From: an uncultured Ketobacter sp.
GTDB taxonomy: Bacteria; Pseudomonadota; Gammaproteobacteria; Pseudomonadales; Ketobacteraceae
NCBI GenBank assembly: GCA_963922875.1
Contig: CAWUJH010000002.1
Location: forward strand, 198,938 to 222,937
Length of the DNA stretch: 24,000 nt
Reading direction: 5' to 3'
Under the pieces are notes generated by a model, which saw nothing but the letters and a program-made list of their open reading frames with translations, made no database searches and was not told where the DNA came from. A program made the translations under genes and the position numbers. How positions within the stretch are numbered: the stretch's first letter is position 1; every line of letters begins with the position of its first letter. This document shows positions 8,728-17,171 of this stretch, one piece after another.

Positions 8728-11700
8728 TTACTCCGGCTGTGCGCTGAGTGATTGCGGAACGAGAATGATCGCAGCCACAGGAAAGGCGTGTTGGCTGGGG
8801 TCGCTGAATCGCATGGCGATGGCTTCGATTTCGCTTTCACGTTCTTTGGGAATGCGGGCCAACCGTGCTTCCAGCGCTTGGTTATCACGCTTGAGCTGCG
8901 TACGCTCTACCTCGTTGAGGTCTTCGAATACGAATCCCAGCTGCTCCGGCTGCCTCTCGAATTCCAACTCATGTCGAATGGTCTTTTCGAGTTCATTGAG
9001 GACATCATTGATGTCCTTTGATTCTTTCTCTTGTTGAATACGTAGAGTGTTCGCCAAGGTCTTCAAACGCTCGTTGGCCCGGCTGGACACAGCGGATTTG
9101 ATGGCTTCGAGATGCCGATCGAATCGTGTCGCAAGGGCGACCGTCGTGGGTTCATCGACATTACAAGGCGCGGATTCCTCTAACCACCGGCGCACTTCTC
9201 CTACACGTGTTTCACGTTTAAAGGAGGTGTCGCTGAGAAGGCCTCCTGACTCTATCAACTCTTCGTGAAGTCGATGATGTTTCCCACCGGTGATCACCAG
9301 CCGAGAAACGACCACCAAGGCTGGACCTTCCAATTGATCATCGGGCAGTGCTTTTACGCTGACCCGGTGTAATTTTTTGACATCTTCCTGAGCCCAAACC
9401 TCTGCCCGTAATAGTCGTAAGCACATCTGCACCAAACGATGATTCATGTGGACCAGCACGATTTCGTCTCTACCTTTGGCCACCTGGTGGTCAAAGGTGA
9501 TCGGTCTTATTTGGTGAGTATGTGGATGTTCCAGACCTTCGGCACATCGCGCCCATGAGCCTGTCAATGCGGGCATCTGATAAATAGTGACCGACGGCGT
9601 GTCGGGCAATTCGATCGGCTTCAGGGGAGGCTTTCCAGCAAGCAATAGAGCAGTATCGACAGCCGCTTTTATACGCTCTGGTGTAAGATGGAAGTCCTCT
9701 TGCGTTTCCAATAATCGACTGTGCAGCCTTTCGATCCTTTCCCTCAAACGGGCATCGGCACGCATGTACCGTTTGGCAGAAGCCATCTTTTGCTCTGCCA
9801 CGGCTGTTTCCAATTCGGTTCTGGTGCCTTCCAGCACCTGGGAGATTTGTGGCTCAATGAGCGCATTAACGCTCCCCAGGTCCTGGCGCATGGAATCGAT
9901 CTTGCGGAGCGCGCGCAATATGTCATCGGCATGGCCACCAATCGCGCCCTTGGACGTATCGGCATCGACCGGATGCCAAATGAAAACTTCTTTCTCGCGC
10001 TGGCCATGACGATCGATACGGCCATTGCGCTGTTCCATGACGTTGGGGTTATAGGGTATTTCAAGGTGGATGAGATAATTACAGTAGTTCTGTAAATCGA
10101 TACCCTCAGAAGCTGCGTCGGTGGCCAATAATATGCGGACATTGGATTGGGTTGGGTGCGCTTGGAAAGCGGCTTTTATGCGCTCTCGGTCCTGATGATC
10201 AATACCGCCATGTAAGATGGCCAAGCGCTCTCCACCATAATCGTGGGTAGCCAGGATTTTATGGAGCCAATCTAGGGTCGTTCTGTATTCAGTAAATAGA
10301 ATGACACGCTTGCCGTTCCAATCGCCATTTTCTTTGAGGTGTGACTCCAACCAATTCAGTATGGCCTTGGCCTTACTATCTACTTGGTTCATGGCACTTT
10401 GCGCCCAGTCACGCATGGGAACCAAGAGCGCGCGTTGTTCATCCGTCAAAGGCGGCACACGGCGACTTGCTTCTTCAACCGCTTCGGTTTGAGCCGATTC
10501 ATAACCGATGTCATCGCGATAATCTTCTTCCGTCTTGGCGATCAATTTCCGCAGAATCCGATCATCTATATCGCTCTTTTTCTTGCTATAGCCCTTGTGG
10601 ATATTTTCTACGTGTCTTTCAAGTGTCGACGCAAAGGCTGCCGGTGAGGAAAACAGACGCTTCTTGAGCAGATTATTGATGAATTTGGTACCAAACTGAG
10701 CTTGTCCATCTTCGGCAGATTCCAACCTGGATAGGGCATAAGCCTCAAGTTGTTTATGGATCTGTCGCTCTGCATCCGTATAGTCGATCTTCAGTGCTTG
10801 CAGGCTTCGCTTCGGATAAAGGGGATTGCCATCTTTGTCGACAAGATCACTCTTCAACCGCCTGATCATGACCTGAGCGAGCTGAGCCTCATCGGGAAGA
10901 ATGTTTCGGGCGAAGCGTTGGTCGTCCAGCAGTTCAAGTAAGGAAGTAAAAGATTCGGTATACCCATTGTGTGGCGTTGCCGTCAGGAAGAGGCGGTGCT
11001 GAAAATGCGGCGACAGTGTGCGAATCAGTTTCGTACGCTGGCTTTCGACGGCATAACTTCCAGACCCAGACGGCGCTATATTGTGTGCTTCATCCACCAC
11101 CAACACATCGAATTTTCTTGGGTAGGTGGGATAGACCGGCAATATGTCGCGCATGAGGCGCAGCCCTTCGCCACTCTTCATCCAATCCATAGAAGTAATC
11201 AATCGGGGAAACGATGTCCAAGGATTAACGTGAATTCCCCGTTCGCGGCGCAATTTCTTGACGTAGTCCGTATCGACAACCTTGAACTCAAGCCCGAATT
11301 TCTCGAGCATTTCGCCGCGCCACTTCTCTTGCAAGGACGCGGGGCAAACAACCAATACACTACGTGCTCTATGTCGCAGCAAGAGTTCTTGAATCACTAG
11401 ACCTGCTTCGATGGTTTTGCCAAGACCAACATCATCCGCAATAAGGAGATTGGCTCGTGCTAGATCAATAGCCCGCACCAGAGGATCAAGCTGAAAGTCT
11501 TCTATGCTAACACCGCTTCTGAAGGGAGCCTGTAGAAAGCCGCGGTCGGCATTGGTTGCGGCGCCCCACCGGACGGCATCAAGGAAAGCTTCGAGACGCT
11601 TCGATTCGTCGAACCCCGTTATTGAGGGAAGCCCTTTGTTTTCGATGACATGGGCACCAGGCTCGATTTCCCAAACCACTTCAAGCTCTTCGCCGAGTCC

Positions 11701-11877
11701 ATCTTCATCAATCGAAGACAACTTGACATAGTGTTGACCCGTCTTGCCGATATCTTCAACGTCGGAGCGCTGTATATCAGCGACAACCCACTGCCTACGA
11801 CGCACCTCAACCAATTGTCCTGGTTCAGGCGGTGTCGAGTATCTTCCACTTACTCTTTGCGTCGTATTGTCCGTCAC
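8728..11877 (-). CDS. SNF2-family helicase/ATPase (1049 aa), DrmD-like
   Basis: Motif I DDVGLGKT (GLGKT at 11413-11427), motif II VVDEAHNI, motif III LTATPHNG. Helicase-C motifs ATDAASEGIDLQ and QRNGRIDRHGQ are present. GTG start at 11877, 3 nt after the vsr stop, with GGGG 6-7 nt upstream. Confidence 0.9.
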   Translation of the reverse strand: MTDNTTQRVSGRYSTPPEPGQLVEVRRRQWVVADIQRSDVEDIGKTGQHYVKLSSIDEDGLGEELEVVWEIEPGAHVIENKGLPSITGFDESKRLEAFLDAVRWGAATNADRGFLQAPFRSGVSIEDFQLDPLVRAIDLARANLLIADDVGLGKTIEAGLVIQELLLRHRARSVLVVCPASLQEKWRGEMLEKFGLEFKVVDTDYVKKLRRERGIHVNPWTSFPRLITSMDWMKSGEGLRLMRDILPVYPTYPRKFDVLVVDEAHNIAPSGSGSYAVESQRTKLIRTLSPHFQHRLFLTATPHNGYTESFTSLLELLDDQRFARNILPDEAQLAQVMIRRLKSDLVDKDGNPLYPKRSLQALKIDYTDAERQIHKQLEAYALSRLESAEDGQAQFGTKFINNLLKKRLFSSPAAFASTLERHVENIHKGYSKKKSDIDDRILRKLIAKTEEDYRDDIGYESAQTEAVEEASRRVPPLTDEQRALLVPMRDWAQSAMNQVDSKAKAILNWLESHLKENGDWNGKRVILFTEYRTTLDWLHKILATHDYGGERLAILHGGIDHQDRERIKAAFQAHPTQSNVRILLATDAASEGIDLQNYCNYLIHLEIPYNPNVMEQRNGRIDRHGQREKEVFIWHPVDADTSKGAIGGHADDILRALRKIDSMRQDLGSVNALIEPQISQVLEGTRTELETAVAEQKMASAKRYMRADARLRERIERLHSRLLETQEDFHLTPERIKAAVDTALLLAGKPPLKPIELPDTPSVTIYQMPALTGSWARCAEGLEHPHTHQIRPITFDHQVAKGRDEIVLVHMNHRLVQMCLRLLRAEVWAQEDVKKLHRVSVKALPDDQLEGPALVVVSRLVITGGKHHRLHEELIESGGLLSDTSFKRETRVGEVRRWLEESAPCNVDEPTTVALATRFDRHLEAIKSAVSSRANERLKTLANTLRIQQEKESKDINDVLNELEKTIRHELEFERQPEQLGFVFEDLNEVERTQLKRDNQALEARLARIPKERESEIEAIAMRFSDPSQHAFPVAAIILVPQSLSAQPE

Positions 11878-11880
11878 TTT

Positions 11881-12342
11881 TCACCCCATATTTTTTGTTC
11901 TGTTGTAAACCGCCTCAATGATTCTTTTGACGGCTATCTCCGGGTCTTCGTGCTCCCAGATTCTAACGACATACCATCCGATATTAGTGAGGCTTTGATC
12001 CGTGTCTCTATCACGTTCACGATTGGTCTCGATTTTGTTTCGCCAAAATTCGGCGTTGGCTTTCGGCCAAGAACCATGTTCAAGACACCCATGCCAAAAG
12101 CATCCATCCACGAATACAGCGACCTTTGCACGAGCAAATACAATATCGGCTTTTCGCCTTGGCTTGCTGAGGACTGGGTAGTCGACCCTATACCGCAACC
12201 CTTGCGCAAATAAGCGCTTACGAATTCTGGTCTCTGCAGACGTGTCTCTCTGCCCGGTTGCAGCCATTCGCTTGCTTGCAGCAGCGGACGATGGAGCGGG
12301 TGAGGTTCTTTTACGAGGCACACCCATTCTCCCAGCTAACAA
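11881..12342 (-). CDS. vsr: Very-short-patch repair endonuclease (Vsr)
   Basis: Classic Vsr signatures: RSK-like ASKRMAATGQRDTSAETRIRKRL, VAVFVDGCFWHGC, FWRNKIETNRERDRD and VRIWEHE. The start is uncertain: TTG at 12342 (overlapping the dcm stop by 7 nt) or ATG at 12327. Confidence 0.9.
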   Translation of the reverse strand: MLAGRMGVPRKRTSPAPSSAAASKRMAATGQRDTSAETRIRKRLFAQGLRYRVDYPVLSKPRRKADIVFARAKVAVFVDGCFWHGCLEHGSWPKANAEFWRNKIETNRERDRDTDQSLTNIGWYVVRIWEHEDPEIAVKRIIEAVYNRTKNMG

Positions 12343-13376
12343 ATCAATTCGTATTCTTCCAGGTGAGCCTTGATACTTTTAGCGATGGCTTGGCCCAGAC
12401 CTACGGGAACTGCGTTGCCGATCATCCTTCCCAGGGTTCTAAACTCAACGGATGCTCCTCTCTCAATAAATTTATAATCTCGAGGAAACCCCTGAATCAC
12501 TGCCGCTTCGCGTAAAGAAATAGCACGGTCTTGTTCTGGATGTCCAAACCGCCCGTTTCCATAACCGTAGCATTGAGTGGTCATGGTCGGGGCTGGCTTA
12601 TCCCATTCCATTCGGCCATAGACACTGGGATATGTTTTACCTGAACCCTCTTTGTGGCAGTCAGCTACCAGTTTCTTAGGCCAGTCTCGCCACGTGCCAC
12701 CCGGTTTCGATGCTCGTATTCGTTTTAGATTAATTTCACTCAAAGTTGCAGAAACATGGAGCTTGTCTCGCTCGGAGCTCTCACCAGCTGCTATTGGTTT
12801 TAGTCGACCGATTACTTGTTTAACAGTCCTCGGCTTTTCATGCGTCTTTTCGATCATCTTGATAGGGCCGTACTGCGAAGCGAGTAAGACCAACCTTTTT
12901 CGAGTCTGAGGGACACCATAATGAGTGCTATCGACGACGCTATACCAAACGTGATAATCAAGCTTCTTGAGATCAGAAACAAAGTCATGAAAGACTTCAT
13001 GCTTTTGTACACTAGGTACGTTTTCCATCGTAATGACTTCTGGTCGAGTCCCTTCCGCCAATCTTGCAAATTCGTAAAGAAGCCCCCAACGTTCGTTTCG
13101 ATCTAATTCATATCTTTGTGAATAGGTAGAGAACGGCTGGCAGGGTGCGCAACCCGCCAGGACTCGTATTTCCGCCTCACCAAACAATGCCTCAATCTCC
13201 TCGGGCTCAAGTTCAGAAACATCCCGCTCCAAGAAAACGGAGTTATTATTCTTTTCATATGGATAGCGGCAGGCAGCATCCAAATCTATTCCTGCAACGA
13301 CGGGTAACCCTTCCTTTACAAAGCCATGAGTCAAGCCACCCGCACCACAAAATAAATCGACACATGAAACTGTCAT
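12336..13376 (-). CDS. dcm: DNA (cytosine-5) methyltransferase, Dcm-like (346 aa)
   Basis: C5-MTase motifs are present in canonical order. These are motif I DLFCGAGG, motif IV GCAPCQPFS (PCQ at 13137-13145), motif VI TMENVP, motif VIII QTRKRL and motif X GNAVP. The gene lies immediately upstream of, and overlapping, vsr, which is the classic dcm-vsr arrangement. Target specificity is not inferable by eye. Confidence 0.9.
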   Translation of the reverse strand: MTVSCVDLFCGAGGLTHGFVKEGLPVVAGIDLDAACRYPYEKNNNSVFLERDVSELEPEEIEALFGEAEIRVLAGCAPCQPFSTYSQRYELDRNERWGLLYEFARLAEGTRPEVITMENVPSVQKHEVFHDFVSDLKKLDYHVWYSVVDSTHYGVPQTRKRLVLLASQYGPIKMIEKTHEKPRTVKQVIGRLKPIAAGESSERDKLHVSATLSEINLKRIRASKPGGTWRDWPKKLVADCHKEGSGKTYPSVYGRMEWDKPAPTMTTQCYGYGNGRFGHPEQDRAISLREAAVIQGFPRDYKFIERGASVEFRTLGRMIGNAVPVGLGQAIAKSIKAHLEEYELIC

Positions 13377-13438
13377 GGATTAGTGCTCTCTATCTAAAAA
13401 CAAAGTTTGTGAAATATATGCCATTTGTTTTTTTACCA

Positions 13439-13651
13439 TCAGGTTTCGTTAGAATTTCGTGGTTCATCTTCACTAGGCTCGGCGGCTTGACCGGAGCGAA
13501 CCCACTCATCCACCTCGGATGCTTTAAACTTCCATAGACGTCCAACTCGATGCGCAGGCATACCTTTCTTGTTCCGCCATGTGTAGATCGTATCCTTGCT
13601 AACCCCGAGGTGTTCGCTGATTTCTTCTACAGAGAGCCATCTGTCAGTCAT
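13439..13651 (-). CDS. Excisionase-family (MerR-superfamily) helix-turn-helix DNA-binding protein, about 70 aa
   Basis: MTDRWLSVEEISEHLGVSKDTIYTWRNKKGMPAHRVGRLWKFKASEVDEWV matches the excisionase-family HTH pattern (LsveEaaexLgVS..TiY.w...g.p..rvGr.w.f...evdeW). ATG at 13651, with an alternative TTG at 13669. No good SD for either. It lies 62 nt upstream of dcm on the same strand. Confidence 0.75.
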   Translation of the reverse strand: MTDRWLSVEEISEHLGVSKDTIYTWRNKKGMPAHRVGRLWKFKASEVDEWVRSGQAAEPSEDEPRNSNET

Positions 13652-13708
13652 ATGGAGGTGCCCAAGCAAATTGTTTACGGATTTTTCCTAGTATGCTGAT
13701 ACTGGCAT

Positions 13709-13720
13709 AGGTTTAGTGGT
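13709..13720. repeat. Copy 1 of an exact 12-bp direct repeat, AGGTTTAGTGGT
   Basis: The identical 12-mer recurs at 13882-13893, within the same 346-bp non-coding stretch. Confidence 0.7.
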
Positions 13721-13738
13721 ATTAAAATAGAACAAGCA

Positions 13739-13786
13739 GGATTTGGCAAGAATAAGTAGGGTTTGGCCGGGCATTTGCCGGTTTGG
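13739..13786. repeat. Three phased direct repeats, GG(A/G)TTTGG / CGGTTTGG, spaced exactly 20 bp apart
   Basis: TTTGG occurs at 13742-13746, 13762-13766 and 13782-13786, each preceded by G-rich bases. A related CATTTGCC lies at 13772-13779. The 20-bp phasing is about two helical turns. Confidence 0.6.
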
Positions 13787-13881
13787 ATTTTAGGTAAAGC
13801 AAAATGAAAAGGTGGGAAGGGCGAAAATTGAACTGAAGGTTAAGTTTAATATTGAGTCCGAGCTTAACTTTGTTAATAAGG

Positions 13882-13893
13882 AGGTTTAGTGGT
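13882..13893. repeat. Copy 2 of the exact 12-bp direct repeat AGGTTTAGTGGT
   Basis: Identical to 13709-13720, 173 bp away. Confidence 0.7.
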
Positions 13894-13997
13894 GGGGTAG
13901 GCAGAATTGAATACAGGGGGAGCGTGCCAGGGGAGGTCAACCCAGCCCTAGCTTCGTGTATGCGTTTTGATGAACAGATGAAGTTCGGGTTGCTGGG

Positions 13998-14867
13998 CTA
14001 CAGTTCTATGATTTTGATTTGTGCTGCTTGATTGGGTGGAACTGGAGTTGATTCTTTCTCAACAAAATCATTTGGATCGGTTCTTACGAAGCCGTCTTCC
14101 AAATTATTAAAGTCGAATAAGTTTCGGTCAGCTAATTGGGAAGGGGACACATTAGTCAAGGCCTTAAGCATGTTATACACCGCTTGAGGGTGTTCCTTCT
14201 CCATATTTGCAAGCATCGCTTTGGTAGCTTGTCGTTGGAGGTTTTCTTGGGAGCCGCAAAGGTTGCAAGGAATGATCGGGAATTCGCGAGCTGCAGCGTA
14301 GCGCTTGATGTCTTTCTCTCGACAGTAGGCTAATGGGCGAATCACAATGTTTCGCTTGTCATCGCTCAGTAGCTTTGGAGGCATCGCTTTTAAAGCTGCT
14401 CCGTGGATCATATTTAGAAACATGGTTTCCACTATATCATCCGCATGGTGACCAAGAGCCACTTTAGTAGCGCCAAGAGCATTGGCTGCATTGTAGAGAA
14501 TGCCTCGTCGCATTCTGGAACAGAGCCAGCAGGTTTTCTCTCCCTCAGGAATTTTTTCTTTTACGATGGAATAGGTGTCTTTCTCAATGACCTTATACTC
14601 GACCCCTAATTCTTCTAGGTATGTTGGGAGTACGTGTTCTGGGAAGCCTGGCTGTTTTTGATCCAAGTTGACCGCGATGATGCTGAATTCTATCGGCGCT
14701 ACCTTTTGCAGGTGCATCAAAGCGTCTAGCATTGTATAGGAATCGGCCCCTCCAGAAAGGCAGGCCATAATCTTGTCGCCATCCTGGATCATTGAGTAGT
14801 CTAAAACTGCTCGACCCACTTCGCGGTTGATCATTTTACGGAGTTTGTTGAAATTCTTGCTGCTCAT
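13998..14867 (-). CDS. ttcA: tRNA 2-thiocytidine(32) synthetase TtcA, full length (289 aa)
   Basis: PP-loop CLSGGADS, Cys pairs TCWLCS and PCNLCGSQ, and LGHHADD...ETMFLN. Start ATG at 14867. Confidence 0.9.
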   Translation of the reverse strand: MSSKNFNKLRKMINREVGRAVLDYSMIQDGDKIMACLSGGADSYTMLDALMHLQKVAPIEFSIIAVNLDQKQPGFPEHVLPTYLEELGVEYKVIEKDTYSIVKEKIPEGEKTCWLCSRMRRGILYNAANALGATKVALGHHADDIVETMFLNMIHGAALKAMPPKLLSDDKRNIVIRPLAYCREKDIKRYAAAREFPIIPCNLCGSQENLQRQATKAMLANMEKEHPQAVYNMLKALTNVSPSQLADRNLFDFNNLEDGFVRTDPNDFVEKESTPVPPNQAAQIKIIEL

Positions 14868-15064
14868 TTGGTCTACGTCGTGAAAAAGGGTATATTCTGC
14901 CTGAAAATCAGCTGGTTTTCTTCAAAAGAAGGGTCTTCTTTTACAGAAATGGGCGATATTGTAAAGGTTAAGCGGGTATTAGCATAATAGAAAGGTGAGT
15001 AAATACAAAGGGTTAGAGTATTTGCTGGGACTAATTGGGTGCAGGTTATTCAATATAAGGCAAG

Positions 15065-15820
15065 GATTCCTACACGATGCTGGAAATATTGCGCAATCTG
15101 CAAAAAAGTGCCCCCATTGATTTCGAACTGGTGGCGGTGAATATGGATCAGAAGCAACCGGGATTTCCAGAACATGTGCTGCCGGAGTATCTGGATGGTT
15201 TAGGGATTGAGTATTATGTAGTGAATCGTGATACCTATAGTGTGGTCAAAGAAAAGATTCCCGAAGGGGCGACTACATGCGGGCTCTGTTCGCGCTTACG
15301 TCGTGGCACATTATATGGCTTCGCCGAAGATATTAACGCCACAAAAATTGCCCTTGGTCATCACCGGGATGATATGGTGGAAACCATGTTTCTGAATATG
15401 TTTTATGGTTCCAGACTCTCTGCAATGCCACCAAAACTGTTGTCTGATGATGGCCGTAATATTGTAATTAGACCACTTGCTTATTGCCGGGAAAAGGATA
15501 TCGAAGCCTTTGCGCAGCATAAGCAATTTCCTATTATTCCCTGTAATTTATGCGGTTCCCAGGAAAATTTGCAACGACAGAATATTAAGGTCATGTTACG
15601 CCAATGGGAGCGCGAACAGCCGGGTCGTATAGAGCATATTTTTAGTGCGATGCAAAACATAAAGCTTTCACAAATGGCCGATACGAGTTTATTTGATTTT
15701 GCTAATTTAACTCTGGATCGCAGCCAGCCTCGTCCTGAATATGAATTCTCCTCTGATAAGACCGTTGTGGGAAAGACCGCTATCAACGGGGCGAAAAAGC
15801 TTTCATTGATTAATTTGTAG
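15065..15820 (+). pseudogene. ttcA: 5'-truncated second ttcA copy lacking the PP-loop ATP-binding motif
   Basis: The ORF at 15077-15820 aligns with residues 47 onward of the full-length TtcA. My hand alignment gives about 70% aa identity over the first 180 positions. Homology continues upstream of the ATG only as far as (G)KDSYTM, compared with GADSYTM in the intact copy. An in-frame TAA lies at 15056-15058. The roughly 40 N-terminal codons, including SGG of the SGGxDS motif, are absent. Confidence 0.75.
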
Positions 15821-15911
15821 TGGATTCAGGATTTCTCCACTGGTTTTCCTTAGTTAAAAAATTCTGGATTGGATGGTTGATCACAGGGTTGCTTAAATCG
15901 TTGATTGGCGC

Positions 15912-17141
15912 TTGGGGTACTGTTTGAACTATATCTGGGCTGGGTTCTTTTTCGTCGCGGTTATATCGAGCTTTTATCAGTGGTTTCTTGGTGACACTGC
16001 GATATTGCAGGCGGTCGTGCAAAGCAGCTTTGAAATGGCAAAGTTGGCAGTAGAGATCGCCTTGGGATTAATTGGTCTGTTGGCGCTTTGGTCGGGATTG
16101 TTTCGCATCGCCGAGCAAGCGGGATTAGTAGCAAAGCTGAGTGTACTGTTAGGGCCCTTGTTTCGACGCTTAATGCCTGAGGTGCCGACCGGTCACGAGG
16201 CCCATGGCGCTGTGACCATGAATCTAGCGGCCAATATGCTGGGTTTGGATAATGCGGCTACGCCATTGGGTTTGAAAGCAATGGAAGCATTACAGAAACT
16301 GAACCCGGATAAACAAACGGCATCAAATGCTCAAATATTGTTTCTGGTACTCAATACCTCTTCGGTAACTTTGATTCCGGTGACAATTTTTATGTACCGG
16401 GCACAATTGGGTTCGGTTGATCCCACTGCTGTTTTTGTTCCCATATTACTCGCTACGCTGGCCTCTTCAACGGCGGGGTTAGCGAGTGTTATGTGGATTC
16501 AAAAAATTCCTTTTGACCGTGTCATAGCAGCTTATCTGGGTGGTTTTCTTGTTTTGATGAGCTCGACATTTTATGGATTAAGTAGTTTGTCTAAGGCTGA
16601 TTTGAGCTCGGTCTCTCAAACCTTGGCCAACGGTTTATTGTTGGCAATGATCACGGTTTTTTTAGGGATAGGTATAAAACGGAAATTAGCCGTTTATGAG
16701 GTGTTTGTCGATGGGGCCAAGCAGGGCTTTGACACGGCGGTAAGGCTCATTCCCTATTTGGTGGCAATGTTGGTAGCTATCGGTATGTTTCGTGCGAGTG
16801 GAGCCCTAAATACCCTTGTGCAGGGCATAAGTGATCTGGTGGCCTGGTGTGGACTTGACACTCAGTTCGTGGAAGCATTGCCCGTGGCCTTTATCAAGCC
16901 GTTTAGTGGCAGCGGCGCACGAGCGATGATGCTCGATGTTATGAATGCTCAAGGTGTTGATTCCTTTGTAGGGCAATTGGCTGCTGTCATGCAGGGCTCC
17001 ACAGAAACCACCTTCTACGTTCTAACGGTGTACTTTGGTGCCGTGGGTATTACCCGTATGCGTTATGCAATATGGGCGGGGTTGTTATGTGATGTCGTAG
17101 GAATAACTTCAGCAATCTTTTTAGCCTACTGGTTTTTCTAA
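15912..17141 (+). CDS. Nucleoside-recognition (Gate) domain membrane protein, fused SpmA/SpmB-like
   Basis: Polytopic hydrophobic protein with LNYIW... at the N-terminus. It also carries MPEVPTGHEAHGAVTMNLAANMLGLDNAATPLGLKAMEAL and ASNAQILFLVLNTSSVTLIP, typical of this family. The start is uncertain: TTG at 15912 or TTG at 15924, the latter giving MNYIW. Confidence 0.8.
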   Translation: MGYCLNYIWAGFFFVAVISSFYQWFLGDTAILQAVVQSSFEMAKLAVEIALGLIGLLALWSGLFRIAEQAGLVAKLSVLLGPLFRRLMPEVPTGHEAHGAVTMNLAANMLGLDNAATPLGLKAMEALQKLNPDKQTASNAQILFLVLNTSSVTLIPVTIFMYRAQLGSVDPTAVFVPILLATLASSTAGLASVMWIQKIPFDRVIAAYLGGFLVLMSSTFYGLSSLSKADLSSVSQTLANGLLLAMITVFLGIGIKRKLAVYEVFVDGAKQGFDTAVRLIPYLVAMLVAIGMFRASGALNTLVQGISDLVAWCGLDTQFVEALPVAFIKPFSGSGARAMMLDVMNAQGVDSFVGQLAAVMQGSTETTFYVLTVYFGAVGITRMRYAIWAGLLCDVVGITSAIFLAYWFF

Positions 17142-17171
17142 GTCTAAATTGTGCCATAATTCACGAGTTTT

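Noticed and set aside
11934-12323. 129-aa minus-strand ORF in an alternative frame inside vsr
   Set aside because: It overlaps the frame that carries all the canonical Vsr motifs, and its own translation has none.
1-13376. Alternative classification of the operon as BREX, type I R-M or type ISP R-M
   Set aside because: No PglZ/BrxC/BrxL-like proteins and no HsdS are present. The MTase and the helicases are separate polypeptides. The SNF2 / N6-MTase / DExH-helicase order fits DISARM class 1 better. An HMM search is still required.
13400-13410. 11-bp palindrome ACAAAGTTTGT between the HTH gene and dcm, as a possible operator
   Set aside because: A 5+1+5 palindrome in AT-rich DNA is expected by chance. 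No second copy was seen.
110-13537. Dozens of 60-190 aa plus-strand ORFs in the ORF track, for example 618-1022, 3150-3680, 7546-7923, 10969-11400, 11650-12213 and 13145-13537
   Set aside because: All lie antisense to long, motif-rich minus-strand genes in a GC-richer region where shadow ORFs are expected. Their translations are low-complexity and Arg/Ser/Pro-rich, with no recognisable motifs.
13722-13940. 72-aa minus-strand ORF in the non-coding stretch next to ttcA
   Set aside because: It is a Leu/Pro/Asn-rich low-complexity translation with no SD and no motif. The region is better explained as repeat-bearing non-coding DNA.
14903-14920. Imperfect 18-bp palindrome GAAAATCAGCTGGTTTTC in the ttcA divergent region
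   Set aside because: It has one mismatched base pair (two positions of 18) and is a single occurrence. That is not enough to call a regulatory site.
13652-15064. A tRNA/tmRNA gene or fragment as the island integration target
   Set aside because: I scanned both non-coding stretches (13652-13997 and 14868-15064) by eye for T-arm/T-loop (GGTTCGAATCC-like) and acceptor-CCA features and found none. The truncated ttcA gives a better junction explanation. tRNAscan-SE or ARAGORN would be decisive.
15311-16022. Minus-strand ORFs at 15311-15526, 15481-15786 and 15810-16022
   Set aside because: They are antisense shadows of the truncated ttcA and of the start of the membrane-protein gene. Their translations are uninformative.
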